Shown here: in pieces, positions 39,257 through 49,651 of the stretch | How positions within the stretch are numbered: position 1 is the stretch's first letter | Layout: each line of letters begins with the position of its first letter | Virus record (IMG/VR): IMGVR_UViG_2909979649_000004 | Reading direction: 5' to 3' (one strand) | DNA from: a virus | Taxonomy: Duplodnaviria > Caudoviricetes | Length of the DNA stretch: 64,000 bases | The notes under the pieces: generated by a model | The model's database searches: none | Seen by the model: only the letters and a program-made list of their open reading frames with translations | Told to the model about the DNA's origin: nothing | Program-made: the position numbers and the translations under genes

Positions 39257-40972
39257 ATGCCTGTCATTACCCATGCCGGTGAACGGCTTATCGCTGAAAA
39301 ACAAGGGATGCAAAGCCCTTTAATTATTAAACACTTTGTGTTGGCCAATGTGCCGGATTTAACTGATACCGACCCAGAGAACCGGCACGAGCTGTTGCCG
39401 AGTGATGATTTAATTCAATACCAAGCCCCAGTGACGCAAGCCGGGTTTATTAATCCGAATGCGGTGGTGTATTCGTTAGTGATGGACACCCGTATTGGTG
39501 ACTTTGAATTTAACTGGTTGGGTTTGGTGGCAGAGGATAATACTTTAGTCGCCGTCAGTTATGTACCGAAACAGTGGAAACGCAAAACCCAGGGTAGCCA
39601 AGCGGGAAACAGTTTAACCCGTAATTTTATGTTGGCGTTTAGTGGTGCTCAGGATATTACCCAAATCGATGTTAACGCCGACACCTGGCAAATTGATTTC
39701 AGTGCTCGACTCAATGGCATTGATGAACGACAACGGTTGGCCAATCTGGATTTATACGGTCATGACGTATTTTTTAGTGACGGCTTTAAAGTCATTCGAC
39801 AGGATGCCCACTATTTAATTACGGCGGGTGTCGGCTATGTGGGTGGTGTTCGGGTTACCACCGAAAAACATTTAATTAAAGTCACCGAACAGCCCTCTGC
39901 CATTTGGGTGGATGTATGCCAACAAGGCAGTGTCACCAGTAATATTGAAACGGTAGTGGCGTTTAATGTCGTGGCTGAATTATCGGATTATGTTGACCGA
40001 TTTGAACGCCCACACTGGGTAGCCAAACTCGCGGAGATTAATAGCCAAGGGGAAGTGATTGACACACGACGAGTCACGGACGGTTTTGCCGAGCATTTTA
40101 TTAGTGATAATCCCCATAACCAGTATTTAACCAAAGCCTTGGCATTACAATTACCTATAATGCCGGAAGTGTTAACCCCCACGAATCGGTTAGCGGTCAT
40201 TATTGAGCATCAACAACTCACTATTGTGAAAAATCAGGTGATTCGTTGGCGGGGTTGGCAGGATTTTAATACGTCAGGTTATTCTGAAAATCAGAGACAG
40301 TTTTTTATTGATTCAGATAAAACCTATCATTTGCGATGGTCGCCACTAGGTGGGTTTGATTTAAAGGATTTAAATGATACTCCCTATAATCCCAATAGTT
40401 TGGTTGAATATGACTTATCCTTTGATACCACCTATGACGATGTGTTGTTAGGAAAAATTGAGGCCGGTGATTATTACCCTTCCATTATCGCTACTAAACG
40501 TTTATATCGTCCAAAAATTTCCGGCAATGGTACGCTATGGTTGCCGCTAGGTTATCGTGATCGTTCTTTTCGTTTATTAGTCACAATTAGAAATCAACTG
40601 CAGCAGGGAAATGTTTTGTTTAAATCAGTTGATAAAGCACATACTGCATTATTTACCATGAGAGGAAACAATCATGGTGACAACATGAATGTTGAATTAG
40701 ATAGTGATGATGAATTTTGGTTGACAAGCAATAATAGTAACGGTGAAGTCAGTATTAGTACATTAACCGGCGATATCATTGATGACTTGCTGTATATGCA
40801 AAACCATCAAAGCGAATATGTGAAAAAAATTCAACCAGGCAATACGATTGATGGTGATGAAGAGCTTTTTTCGATGGGAATAAAGCGTTTAACGACTGAA
40901 GACGTTCAAAAAGGGTTACCACTGGATTATGCAAATATTGAAAGTGCTTCAATCGTATTTGAAGTGTTTTAA
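39257..40972 (+). CDS. Tail fibre protein
   Basis: N-terminal collar domain (NAVVYS, GDFEFNW.GL, TWQIDF.ARL); variable C-terminus. Confidence 0.85.
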   Translation: MPVITHAGERLIAEKQGMQSPLIIKHFVLANVPDLTDTDPENRHELLPSDDLIQYQAPVTQAGFINPNAVVYSLVMDTRIGDFEFNWLGLVAEDNTLVAVSYVPKQWKRKTQGSQAGNSLTRNFMLAFSGAQDITQIDVNADTWQIDFSARLNGIDERQRLANLDLYGHDVFFSDGFKVIRQDAHYLITAGVGYVGGVRVTTEKHLIKVTEQPSAIWVDVCQQGSVTSNIETVVAFNVVAELSDYVDRFERPHWVAKLAEINSQGEVIDTRRVTDGFAEHFISDNPHNQYLTKALALQLPIMPEVLTPTNRLAVIIEHQQLTIVKNQVIRWRGWQDFNTSGYSENQRQFFIDSDKTYHLRWSPLGGFDLKDLNDTPYNPNSLVEYDLSFDTTYDDVLLGKIEAGDYYPSIIATKRLYRPKISGNGTLWLPLGYRDRSFRLLVTIRNQLQQGNVLFKSVDKAHTALFTMRGNNHGDNMNVELDSDDEFWLTSNNSNGEVSISTLTGDIIDDLLYMQNHQSEYVKKIQPGNTIDGDEELFSMGIKRLTTEDVQKGLPLDYANIESASIVFEVF

Positions 40973-40974
40973 TC

Positions 40975-41853
40975 ATGAAGGCTATCCATATTAAAACCCC
41001 ACCCACGCTGGGAAATGTAAAAGAAAAACAAGCATCAGTAATAGTAAAGGCCAACGCCCCATTACAGGCGTCGGCCTCTAAAGTAATGCTCTTACACGAT
41101 AATTATATTGAAAATAAAAATAAAGCTTCCGCTCAGACTATTTTGGACTTAAGAGTCGATTTTAATAAACATTTACAGAACAATATCCATTGTTGTGTTG
41201 TGCACCCTTACCAACATACGGTAGGTGAAGGGGAGGGACACCACCGGTATTTATCGGCACCCAATGCGATTAAAGCGTTGCAGCAAAAATACCAGGATCA
41301 ACGGGACCAGCAGCAGCCACACAACAACCAGGCAGCAATTGTGGTATTAATCACCGCCTCGCATTTAACGCCGTTCTATCAAACCCTAACGGCATTTAAT
41401 CAGGTGATGCCAGTACCGGAGTTGCAACAACTGACCCGGCGGGTAAAAGCGTTAATTGAGTTGGAAACGACTAAATGGGAGCAGCCCAAAGCACCCCAGA
41501 TGCCGTATTGGCGACAATTGCAATTGACCCAGTGGCAAAGCCCACAAAATTATTTAAAGCAACTGGGAGCAACTCAGGCAGCGATAGAAGCGATGGCCGA
41601 TGATCAATCACCGAAAGCCATCTTAACCGAGCTGATTAATAAAAAACGCCAATACCTCAATCAGTTGTATGTCGATTGGCAACAAACCACCCAAGCACTA
41701 CAAAATGTAGTAGGGCAGTATTTGGCGGGAAATATCAGCCAGCAGTTAACCCAACTGAACGCGCCGGGTCATGACCAGGTATTAACGGCGGGTGTCTTAC
41801 TCTCGGGTACGGCAGACGCCTTACACACGCTCAAGGAAACCTTTAACTTATGA
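40975..41853 (+). CDS. Conserved HP1/K139-like tail-region protein
   Basis: HPYQ..VG...YLS.PNA; gene order. Confidence 0.7.
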   Translation: MKAIHIKTPPTLGNVKEKQASVIVKANAPLQASASKVMLLHDNYIENKNKASAQTILDLRVDFNKHLQNNIHCCVVHPYQHTVGEGEGHHRYLSAPNAIKALQQKYQDQRDQQQPHNNQAAIVVLITASHLTPFYQTLTAFNQVMPVPELQQLTRRVKALIELETTKWEQPKAPQMPYWRQLQLTQWQSPQNYLKQLGATQAAIEAMADDQSPKAILTELINKKRQYLNQLYVDWQQTTQALQNVVGQYLAGNISQQLTQLNAPGHDQVLTAGVLLSGTADALHTLKETFNL

Positions 41854-42428
41854 TGATTGGTGACTATCAGGTCCAAGGTAGCAACCTGCAGGTGGTGGGG
41901 GGGTTACGGATCAGCAATGAAGAATTAAGTGGTGCCAGTAGCGCCACCGATCGTGCCCATAAAGGGTTTAAACCCAAAACCCTAACCGTGTCGCTGCAGA
42001 TCAAACAAAGCCAGCCCGAGCAATTAACCCGGTTGATTGAGTTAGCCGAGGGTGTGGATAAAGCCGGTAAACAAACGGTTTACACGCTGGTGGATAATAC
42101 CGCGAAAGCGATGAATATCCGCCAGGTGCAGTTTAACGACAATTTGAGTGCGCGAGAATCCGCCGATAAACGCTTATGGCAGGTGCAATTTACCTTAGCG
42201 GAATACCGCTCTGTACCGGAAAAGGTTGAGCAACGCCAACCGAAAAAAGACCCAAAAAAACAGCAAGCCGATGGCCAGCCTATTGGGTCAGATAATCAAG
42301 CAAGCAACGAACCGGCATTAACCGAGTTTGAGCAGCTGTTAAAACAAATAGACGAGCAAATAGGCCCCCGTGAAACTGAACAGCCAGCTGATGATCAATC
42401 AGCAGATAATACCGCTAGTGCGGCATGA
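41850..42428 (+). CDS. Baseplate complex protein (gpU-like)
   Basis: SG.SS.T..A.KG.K.K.L.V, W.V.FTL.E..SVPE. Confidence 0.7.
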   Translation: MMIGDYQVQGSNLQVVGGLRISNEELSGASSATDRAHKGFKPKTLTVSLQIKQSQPEQLTRLIELAEGVDKAGKQTVYTLVDNTAKAMNIRQVQFNDNLSARESADKRLWQVQFTLAEYRSVPEKVEQRQPKKDPKKQQADGQPIGSDNQASNEPALTEFEQLLKQIDEQIGPRETEQPADDQSADNTASAA

Positions 42429-43053
42429 TATCCGCTTAGCCTTAAATACCCCTGGTCGTGCCACCTTTGTGGTACGGCCTAAAGTCCCATTAACAGCAAA
42501 AACCGTAGTAAAAATAGCCATGGGTTATGGTGATAATTTACAGCAGGTATTTGTAGGCTATATCGAAAAAATCACCCCAGTGGATAAACACCAACAGCAA
42601 TTATTCTGCAGGGAATTAACCGGGATTTTGCATTACCCGTTACCCATGAGTTTACGGCATGTGCATTTAAATGAGGTATTAAACCAAATCGCCCAGCAAA
42701 CCCGACTGACGTTTATTACTCCTGAACAAGCCTACTGCACTACTAAAATCCCTTATTTTTACAGCCTGAATAATGGGCTGTTTGCCATGAGTTCAATCGC
42801 GCAGGCATTTGCTATTGATGATTATTGTTGGCAGCAACAAGGGAATGGACAGGTGTATGTGGGGAGTTGGCAGCACAGTTATTGGCAGGATAAACCGATA
42901 AAAATCCCTGAACAATTTTTTATTAACCATCAATCCCATAACAGTGCGCAAATTGCAGCAATACCCCAAATACGCCCTGGGGTGTTATTAGACGATGGCA
43001 GCCGGATAAAACAAACCCAAATTAATAACAATCAAATGGTCATATCATGGTAG
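42370..43053 (+). CDS. Baseplate hub protein (gpD-like)
   Basis: PGRA.F, FCREL, WQQQG.G.VYVGSW..S.W. Confidence 0.72.
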   Translation: MKLNSQLMINQQIIPLVRHDIRLALNTPGRATFVVRPKVPLTAKTVVKIAMGYGDNLQQVFVGYIEKITPVDKHQQQLFCRELTGILHYPLPMSLRHVHLNEVLNQIAQQTRLTFITPEQAYCTTKIPYFYSLNNGLFAMSSIAQAFAIDDYCWQQQGNGQVYVGSWQHSYWQDKPIKIPEQFFINHQSHNSAQIAAIPQIRPGVLLDDGSRIKQTQINNNQMVISW

Positions 43054-43997
43054 AAGCCATTAAACGCATTGTATTAAGTTTATTTCCAGAACTGGCGGGT
43101 AATTATCATTTACCCCGCTTTGGTCGGGTGGTGGCCATCAGTGATTTACCCAAACAAGGGAGTCTCTGTGATGAGTTTAGGCCTCACTATGCGGTGGATA
43201 TTGAGGTATTAAACGCACAAGGCAAGCCGGATAAAAAATTACCGATATTATCGAGTGTAACCGTACCCATGGCACTAGCAGGCCAGGAAAAAGGCTTTTA
43301 TGGCTTACCGGAAGTGGGTACTTGGGTGGTGGTCGGGTTTGCATATGGTCTGCCTAATAAGCCATTCATACAACAGTTATTACCGAATGGCTTATCACTC
43401 CCCAACCTTGAGCAAAAAGAGCAGCGTTGGCAGCCTAATCCGTCAAGCTACCAACGTTGCGATCACAAGGGCGCCTGGGAACGAACCTCAGACAGTAGTA
43501 TCAGGGATGAGAGCTTAAGTTATCAGCTGGAAACCCTACACCAGGAAACCACAGCCCAAACCAGCCAAACGACAGTTACCGAGCACAGCACTGAAACGAT
43601 TGGCGGCACCAAAGCCATTGAGGCAATGGGAGCTCTTAAACTCCATTCCGGTGGTACAGCTGAATTAGCCGCTATTGATAATTTAAAGGTAGCTACAGGC
43701 AATGATAGTCATACTGTCGTAGGTAACGATATGCAAGAGCATATCAACGGGATTAAACACAGCCTGGCCAAACTGAAGCAAATCGCCCAAGTCAAAGACG
43801 GAGGCAAAGTCTGGTTGGGGAATGAAAGTGACAATGTGTTGCAACTGCTGTCGGAATTTATGGCGGTGGTTGAGCAAGCGTTTTTAGACTTATCCACCCA
43901 TGGCCATACGCCTGCTGGACCAACTAATAAACATAGCCTGATACAGCAGGCGGGTACAGTTAATCAGCAGAATACTCATCTTAAAACAATGCTTTAA
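43047..43997 (+). CDS. Baseplate spike protein (gpV-like)
   Basis: PEVGT.V.VGFAYG.P..PFI; C-terminal HGH metal motif. Confidence 0.75.
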   Translation: MVEAIKRIVLSLFPELAGNYHLPRFGRVVAISDLPKQGSLCDEFRPHYAVDIEVLNAQGKPDKKLPILSSVTVPMALAGQEKGFYGLPEVGTWVVVGFAYGLPNKPFIQQLLPNGLSLPNLEQKEQRWQPNPSSYQRCDHKGAWERTSDSSIRDESLSYQLETLHQETTAQTSQTTVTEHSTETIGGTKAIEAMGALKLHSGGTAELAAIDNLKVATGNDSHTVVGNDMQEHINGIKHSLAKLKQIAQVKDGGKVWLGNESDNVLQLLSEFMAVVEQAFLDLSTHGHTPAGPTNKHSLIQQAGTVNQQNTHLKTML

Positions 43998-44279
43998 GAG
44001 AAATAATAATCTAGTAGTCTAACAATAGAGTCTTTTCACCTTGACTTATGCTGTATCTCTAAGAAAGAGCCTGTATATCAAAGCAGACAGGCATCACCTG
44101 TTGCCTTGAGTAGTGAAAGAAGCACTAGTAATGAAAAATACAAACGATAGGCATGTGACCTAGAACTTGCTACAGGAGCAAACTTTATCTGTAGCAAAGC
44201 CCTAGGAGACTGATTTGTAAAGGGTGTACTGGTTAGCTTTTATACAAAAAGTTAACCAGTTTTTAGAGTAATGAGCTGG

Positions 44280-44771
44280 TTAAATACCTGTTCTTACTTC
44301 TTTTGAAGAGCTTTCATTATTTGGTTCTATAAAATAGCGCTTAACCTCATTCATTTTATCTACTAATGCCTGCTTTTTATTCATAGTTTCTCGATGATTA
44401 AACCTAATGCCTGTCTTACTGTTTACTCTATTAAGGTTTTGGGTAAACGATTCAATTGCATGGTTAAGCTTATAAATAGTTTTTTTATCAAGATAACTGA
44501 GATTGGATAAAGTGAAGTTAGCCTCAGATATAATCTCTGGCAACATCTCTAGCAAATGGTATTCAGATGATCTGTGCTTAAGAGTCTGTCTTTCTTTAAG
44601 CCAAAGTTCCAATTCTTCGATTTCTTTTATAGTGAGCTTCGCGGCCACGTGAGGAGCGACCTGAGTTAAATGACTATCAAATGATGCCACTACTTTTTCA
44701 CTCAATATATTATCTTTACTCACTTGCTCGCGAATGCATTGGACTCGTGAACCAATAATTTTAAAGTACAT
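44280..44771 (-). CDS. Hypothetical protein divergent from sHSP cluster
   Basis: 163 aa ORF, AAGGAG RBS. Confidence 0.65.
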   Translation of the reverse strand: MYFKIIGSRVQCIREQVSKDNILSEKVVASFDSHLTQVAPHVAAKLTIKEIEELELWLKERQTLKHRSSEYHLLEMLPEIISEANFTLSNLSYLDKKTIYKLNHAIESFTQNLNRVNSKTGIRFNHRETMNKKQALVDKMNEVKRYFIEPNNESSSKEVRTGI

Positions 44772-45082
44772 AATAATGCTCCTTTATTAATGAATAATTA
44801 AAAGGTAAATAAAAGTTTAATAAAAAAGCAGTTTTTTTGATTTAGGGATTGTAAATTTTCATATGATTAATAAGCCACTTACAATCAACAAAAACTAGCG
44901 CTGATTAGATATGGTTCTGTATATAATGTGTACAGGGTATTGGTAGTAATCAAAAACACCCTGCTGATGTAAATAATATTAATTTTGACTTAGGCTTTGT
45001 CAAGTCCTAAGTAAGCTGCAATTTTATAAATATAATTTATATGTAAAAAACTGCTTATTAAAATAAATTATTTATCTGGGTG

Positions 45083-45110
45083 TTGAACTCTTTAAAATAG
45101 AACCCATCAT
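45083..45110 (+). promoter_or_regulatory. sigma32 heat-shock promoter
   Basis: TTGAA-15 bp-CCCATCAT upstream of the ibpA-like gene. Confidence 0.65.
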
Positions 45111-45167
45111 ATGTATTGAAAAAAGGAGTTACTTTTAAATCTACAACTGTAAATTGACTGTATGATC

Positions 45168-45194
45168 TCGTATTGCTTCTAATGGAGGATATGA
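45168..45194 (+). promoter_or_regulatory. ROSE-type RNA thermometer hairpin
   Basis: UCGUAUUGCUUC pairs with GGAGGAUAUGA; UUGCU motif opposite the SD with bulged G. Confidence 0.75.
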
Positions 45195-45195
45195 A

Positions 45196-45660
45196 ATGAC
45201 TACACTAGATTTATCTCCCTTATATCGTAGCAGCATAGGGTTTGATCAATTAGCATCAGTATTTGACACAGCTTTTCGCAGTGAGCAAACTGGTTACCCC
45301 CCTTATAATATCGAAACAATTGATGAAAACCACTATGGTATAACACTAGCTGTAGCTGGCTTCGAAGAGCGTGAGTTAAGCATTCAGGTAGAGCAAGGAG
45401 TGCTCACTGTTAGTGGCAAAAAAAATAAAAATAATGAATCTAAAAAGTTCCTTTATCAAGGAATTGCTACTCGTTCATTTGAACGAAAATTTAATTTAGC
45501 TGACCATGTTGAAGTGACTGATGCCAGTCTAAGTAATGGGTTACTTAGCATTAGTTTGGTTAGAGAAGTGCCTGAGGCAATGAAACCAAAAACTATCCCT
45601 ATTAGTCAGGGGAACCATAACGTTCTAGAGCATAAAAAAAAGGAGGGAAAAGTAGCCTAA
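45196..45660 (+). CDS. ibpA: Small heat-shock protein IbpA
   Basis: DLSPLYRSSIGFD, YPPYNIE, LYQGIA.RSFERKF.LA, NGLL. Confidence 0.92.
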   Translation: MTTLDLSPLYRSSIGFDQLASVFDTAFRSEQTGYPPYNIETIDENHYGITLAVAGFEERELSIQVEQGVLTVSGKKNKNNESKKFLYQGIATRSFERKFNLADHVEVTDASLSNGLLSISLVREVPEAMKPKTIPISQGNHNVLEHKKKEGKVA

Positions 45661-45839
45661 GTAAAAAGCCATAATAATCTTAAGCGTCTAGCGTCTTCTT
45701 TTAAGGAGGTAAAATATTAACACATAAAAGGTGGGTGATTACTCGCCCACCTAGCTATGATGGATAAGTGTAATGATTTCTCTTTAATAGTATTTCAAAT
45801 CTTGCATTGTAAGCACTACTTAAAACTCATCATTAGTTT

Positions 45840-46460
45840 TTGAATAATCGTGATTTTAAGGAGGTGATACTAGTGTTCGACTTAAAAAACTATAAATTCT
45901 TATACTTAATTATTAGTTTGTGCATCACTATCATTGGCGTATTAGCCTTTACTACATGGAGATTGTCCTCAGAGCTTAAAACTGTGGAAGGTAATACCCC
46001 TATAGCGTCAAGTGACATAATTAAACCGCTTCCAGCACCTTGGCCTAAAGATATAGATCCATGGTTAGATAGCTGGGACCCATCTGGTAATTTTTCAGCA
46101 CTGCAAAAGCGTATGGATGAAATGATGCAAGTGATGTTACCAGATATGTCCTTCTTTAATATGCAGGGCTTTGGTTACTCTAGCTCTAATCCTAAGATCA
46201 GAATGGATGAAACAGATACTGAATATAGGGTCACTGTATCAGTTCCAGAAGCCCAGAATATTGAAGTTAACACAGAGCTAAAGAACAATATATTAACTAT
46301 CAATGGTAAAGTAAAACAACAGGAAAGCAGTCAGCAAAGTAAGCTTTTTTATACAAGTCAGTTTTCTCAGTCTGTTACTTTACTTGAACCAGTAGATAGC
46401 ACAAATATGAGGGTTGACAATAAAAATCATAAAGTGGTTATTACGATTCAAAAAACATAA
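45840..46460 (+). CDS. Hsp20-family protein with N-terminal TM anchor
   Basis: Hydrophobic N-terminus plus alpha-crystallin-like C-terminus; true start may be GTG 45873. Confidence 0.75.
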   Translation: MNNRDFKEVILVFDLKNYKFLYLIISLCITIIGVLAFTTWRLSSELKTVEGNTPIASSDIIKPLPAPWPKDIDPWLDSWDPSGNFSALQKRMDEMMQVMLPDMSFFNMQGFGYSSSNPKIRMDETDTEYRVTVSVPEAQNIEVNTELKNNILTINGKVKQQESSQQSKLFYTSQFSQSVTLLEPVDSTNMRVDNKNHKVVITIQKT

Positions 46461-46600
46461 AACTATTTCAGCAAAATAAACTGTAAAAATATGACAGTTT
46501 TAAAGTATAAGTATTTACCTATAAGGAGGATAAAAAATCTGATATTTAATAGTATGCCTTGGCTTTAATAGATTTAACAATTGTCAAAGGAGACCATGTC

Positions 46601-47146
46601 ATGAATGTAAAAGACTTAATCCCTTGGAACTGGCTAAAAAATGAAGAAGAGAGGGAAAATAAACAGTTAAAAGCAAGTAATATCTATGATCCAACGGCAA
46701 ATCCATTGGTACAATTTCATAGAGAAGTTGACCGACTATTTGACAACATGTTCAAAGGAGTTGGCTTTCCTGGCTTCTCAGAAGGATAGTCAAAGCTACC
46801 AAATAGTTTGTTTAAACCTAGCGTAGATATTAGCGCAAAGGATATAGAATATCTAATTAGCGTGGAGGTACCTGGTGTTGAAGAAAAAGATATTAAACTT
46901 GAAATAAAGGATCATACACTCGTTATTAGTGGTGAAAAGAAACAAGAAAAGGAAGACAAAGAGGAGCATCATTACCGAGTTGAGCGCAGCTATGGCTGTT
47001 TTCAAAGGGTTTTAGCGATTCCAGAAGATGCAAGCACTGAAGAAATTAATGCATCATTTAAGAATGGTGTTTTATCCATTACATTACCTAGAAGAGAATT
47101 ACCAAATAGAAAGGCTAAACAAATAGAAATTAAGAAAGCTAGTTAA
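46601..47146 (+). pseudogene. Hsp20-family gene interrupted by an in-frame TAG (46787-46789)
   Basis: ORFs 46559..46789 and 46808..47146 are in frame; LIPWNW N-terminus plus PSVDI...ERSYG.F.R...NGVL. Confidence 0.85.
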
Positions 47147-47689
47147 AAGTATTTGGGTCATGCTTGTTGCAGTTCAATTGCATTCACTTGCAACAAGACA
47201 CGACCCGATGTGTATTATTAACAGGCTTCCAAGGCCCTCTATGCTTGTCGTCAGTCCAAGCACAGCAGATAATGTATGTTATCAAGATGGGGCTTGTTCT
47301 CAGTATTGTCTTACAGTTTGTTATCTGTATTTAGTAACTCATTGCTTTTCTTTCTTTAATATTACCCCACTACTTCATTAACACCTACCTTTACTTATGT
47401 CAGATTATTTTCTTATTTGTGTCAGAGACTGGTTATCATCACTTCCATTCTGCAGGCGCCTGGGAGTGTGCCGGCAGAGCCACCAGAATCCAAAAGGCTG
47501 GAAAAAAGCACTCATCCTCCCCACCTGCGGGTTTTGCGTCATAAAAGTTTTGTGTAATTGAAGTTATGGCAATGCTTAGTAGCTAAGCTTTATTGTATAA
47601 GGTCTTTAAGAGTTAATTGTTGTTTTCTCAAAATGAAAAATTATCTTAGTTTAAGCAAAAAAATACATTTTCAGTGCAAATTATTTATG

Positions 47690-47800
47690 TTAAGAAAACA
47701 AAAGTATTGTCGTATTCAATATAGGTAGCATTTTTAGTTTTAGGCTGTAGTGTCTAACCCTAATTTCTTTTCTTACTTTCTCAAGTAATGGACATGCCAT
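47690..47800 (-). pseudogene. intI: 5' stump of integron integrase, second copy
   Basis: GAGG RBS; MACPLLEKVRKEIRVRHYSLK, 2 bp deletion, then CYLY*IRQYFCFLN; same TGA as copy 1. Confidence 0.82.
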
Positions 47801-47844
47801 AATCACCTCTACATACATCACATAGCTATTAAGGTGAAATGATG

Positions 47845-47860
47845 CTGTATATAAATACAG
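47845..47860. promoter_or_regulatory. LexA box at intI promoter
   Basis: CTGTATATAAATACAG, 45 bp upstream of the intI start, as typical for integrons. Confidence 0.85.
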
Positions 47861-47934
47861 CGTTAATGGATGAACGTCAAAGTATTATTTGATTTACAAA
47901 CAATTATATGTGAATCAGTTAGTTGGGTGAGTCC

Positions 47935-48046
47935 TATCAACATTATTCTAGTAATAAGTTTGTGCCTTGGTTAAAATATACTCGATTGTTATACGTCAAT
48001 GCGACGTAGTACTTTGCGTCAGAGTGACGCTCATTAATAGTTAGTA
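47935..48046 (+). other. Integron attI-like site, copy 3
   Basis: Same 110 bp block; core GTTAGTA 48040-48046. Confidence 0.8.
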
Positions 48047-48051
48047 CCACT

Positions 48052-48426
48052 ATGAGCGCAGAAAACGCATTAATAATATCTAGTGAGGAGATTTCAAAGG
48101 ATTCCTATATCGAGTTCTTTGAGACTTTGGGTTGCCATTGATATTCTTGACACAAGGATGAAGCCATTGTTCTCGATGAGTACACACAAGTTGGTGTGTG
48201 CCTTATGGACTCAAGCTACATCGAGATGTTTGATGACGATGACTTAAAAAAACTACAGAATGCTTTGGGTGCTCCGCCTAAAACGTTCTTTGAAGTAAAC
48301 CGTACAAAAGCAGACGACCCGAATGAGCTATATCTGGCTGTAGCCAAGAAGATGGCAAAGATGTGGCCTGTGGCTGTTCGGGATACACATGAAAAAATGG
48401 TGCCTTATAGTGAACTCATGTCGTAA
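48052..48426 (+). pseudogene. Cassette gene with two in-frame TGA stops
   Basis: ATG 48052 in frame with ORF 48196..48426; stops at 48139 and 48148. Confidence 0.7.
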
Positions 48427-48431
48427 ATTAA

Positions 48432-48492
48432 AGCTAACAAGCGCGTTAATTAGAGCGCTCGAAGGGTTGCGTCTATTACGCGGGCGTTATGT
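48432..48492 (+). other. attC site (61 bp), apparently intact
   Basis: AGCTAAC-AAG-CGCGTTAAT...ATTACGCG-GGC-GTTATGT with extrahelical T. Confidence 0.82.
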
Positions 48493-48548
48493 TTAGTTGA
48501 GCTTCATTGTTCTAAGTCCACTTCCTACAAAAAATCAGAGTATAAATT

Positions 48549-49421
48549 ATGGACAATATTGTGCGAGAGGTCCTGAAAACAAAAATTATGGGGCTCAAAG
48601 CGACAGCCTTCCAAGATGCATTGGATAGAATTTATCTTAGCATTTACGGTGAGGGAAACTTCCAGAGAGTAAAGCAGAAGCACGATGGTGGTTCGGATGG
48701 AATCATAAATGGTGAAACGGTTTTGGCAGTGTATGCTCCAGAAAAATATATCTTGAATGATTTTAAGAGGAAGGTTAGAGCAGATTTTGAGTCTTACACG
48801 AAAAACTGGGAAGCTACACACAGCAAGTGGGAGGTTGTAACCAATTTGGAATCGACCGCACAAATGATACAGTTTGTGAACATGCTTAAGAATGGTGCAT
48901 CTCTTATATGTATTGATGGTTTGTTGCAGAAAATTGGTAAGCAGACGTGGACGGTGAAAACGGCGATTTTTAGAGCGCTAGATATCCCTGACCATTACTT
49001 ATCTAACGATGTGATCTCAACAGTAATTGAAGACTTAATTCAAATAAGCACCCAAGATGATCCTTTTGAGCCCTATGAAAAACCAGCCTATATACAAGAT
49101 AAAATCGAACTAAATGTTAGTGAGGAACACGTGGCTACGTTTATGGATGAGTATGAAGACTCGCTGGCCATTTTTCCTATAGTATCGACGGTCGTCAAGT
49201 CAAAATCGAACGCTGATGTTGCTGCTATAAGAAACAAAGTAAGGTCCACTTATACATCCTTGTCTGGGAAATTTGAAAAGCGGCTTGATGAGCTTGTAAA
49301 GATTATGTGTCAAAGTAAGTCAATAGATGATTACTATAGTCATAATATGCGCATCGTAATGGTATATTTTTTTGAACAGTGTCTGTTTGGTAAAAAGCCA
49401 AAATCAGAGGTTAATAGATGA
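48549..49421 (+). CDS. lmuA: Lamassu/ABC-3C effector (restriction-like nuclease N-terminus + C-terminal domain)
   Basis: FQ...DGGSDG...VYAPE, K...DF; KIELN and YFFEQC.F C-terminal motifs; operon context. Confidence 0.7.
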   Translation: MDNIVREVLKTKIMGLKATAFQDALDRIYLSIYGEGNFQRVKQKHDGGSDGIINGETVLAVYAPEKYILNDFKRKVRADFESYTKNWEATHSKWEVVTNLESTAQMIQFVNMLKNGASLICIDGLLQKIGKQTWTVKTAIFRALDIPDHYLSNDVISTVIEDLIQISTQDDPFEPYEKPAYIQDKIELNVSEEHVATFMDEYEDSLAIFPIVSTVVKSKSNADVAAIRNKVRSTYTSLSGKFEKRLDELVKIMCQSKSIDDYYSHNMRIVMVYFFEQCLFGKKPKSEVNR

Positions 49422-49651
49422 TTAATGCGCATGTCGAAATGGATTTAAATCAGCATGTTTCAGTTGTTTCCGCAAAAATTATTGATTTGGTTGAAGCTGG
49501 AAACGAAGTGATTTTAGAAACTTTAATGAGGAAGTTTCTAAAAAAATATGAGTTCTATACCCCTGATCAGTTTATGGAAGGGCTGACCTTCTTGTTCTCT
49601 ATAGATTGTTTGAATGTTCAGGACTACAGGGTGATATTAAAAAATGTTTAA
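49418..49651 (+). CDS. lmuC: Lamassu/ABC-3C middle component
   Basis: 77 aa, F...L.FLFSI..L; between effector and ATPase. Confidence 0.68.
   Translation: MINAHVEMDLNQHVSVVSAKIIDLVEAGNEVILETLMRKFLKKYEFYTPDQFMEGLTFLFSIDCLNVQDYRVILKNV

Noticed and set aside
39257-40972. Diversity-generating retroelement or invertible tail-fibre cassette
   Set aside because: No reverse transcriptase, invertase or template/variable repeat pair seen
47160-47381. 73 aa ORF downstream of the sHSP cluster
   Set aside because: No RBS or recognisable motif
48052-48426. TGA/TAG recoding or alternative genetic code (also intI TGA and Hsp20 TAG)
   Set aside because: Many intact genes end in TGA or TAG; simple pseudogenisation explains these stops
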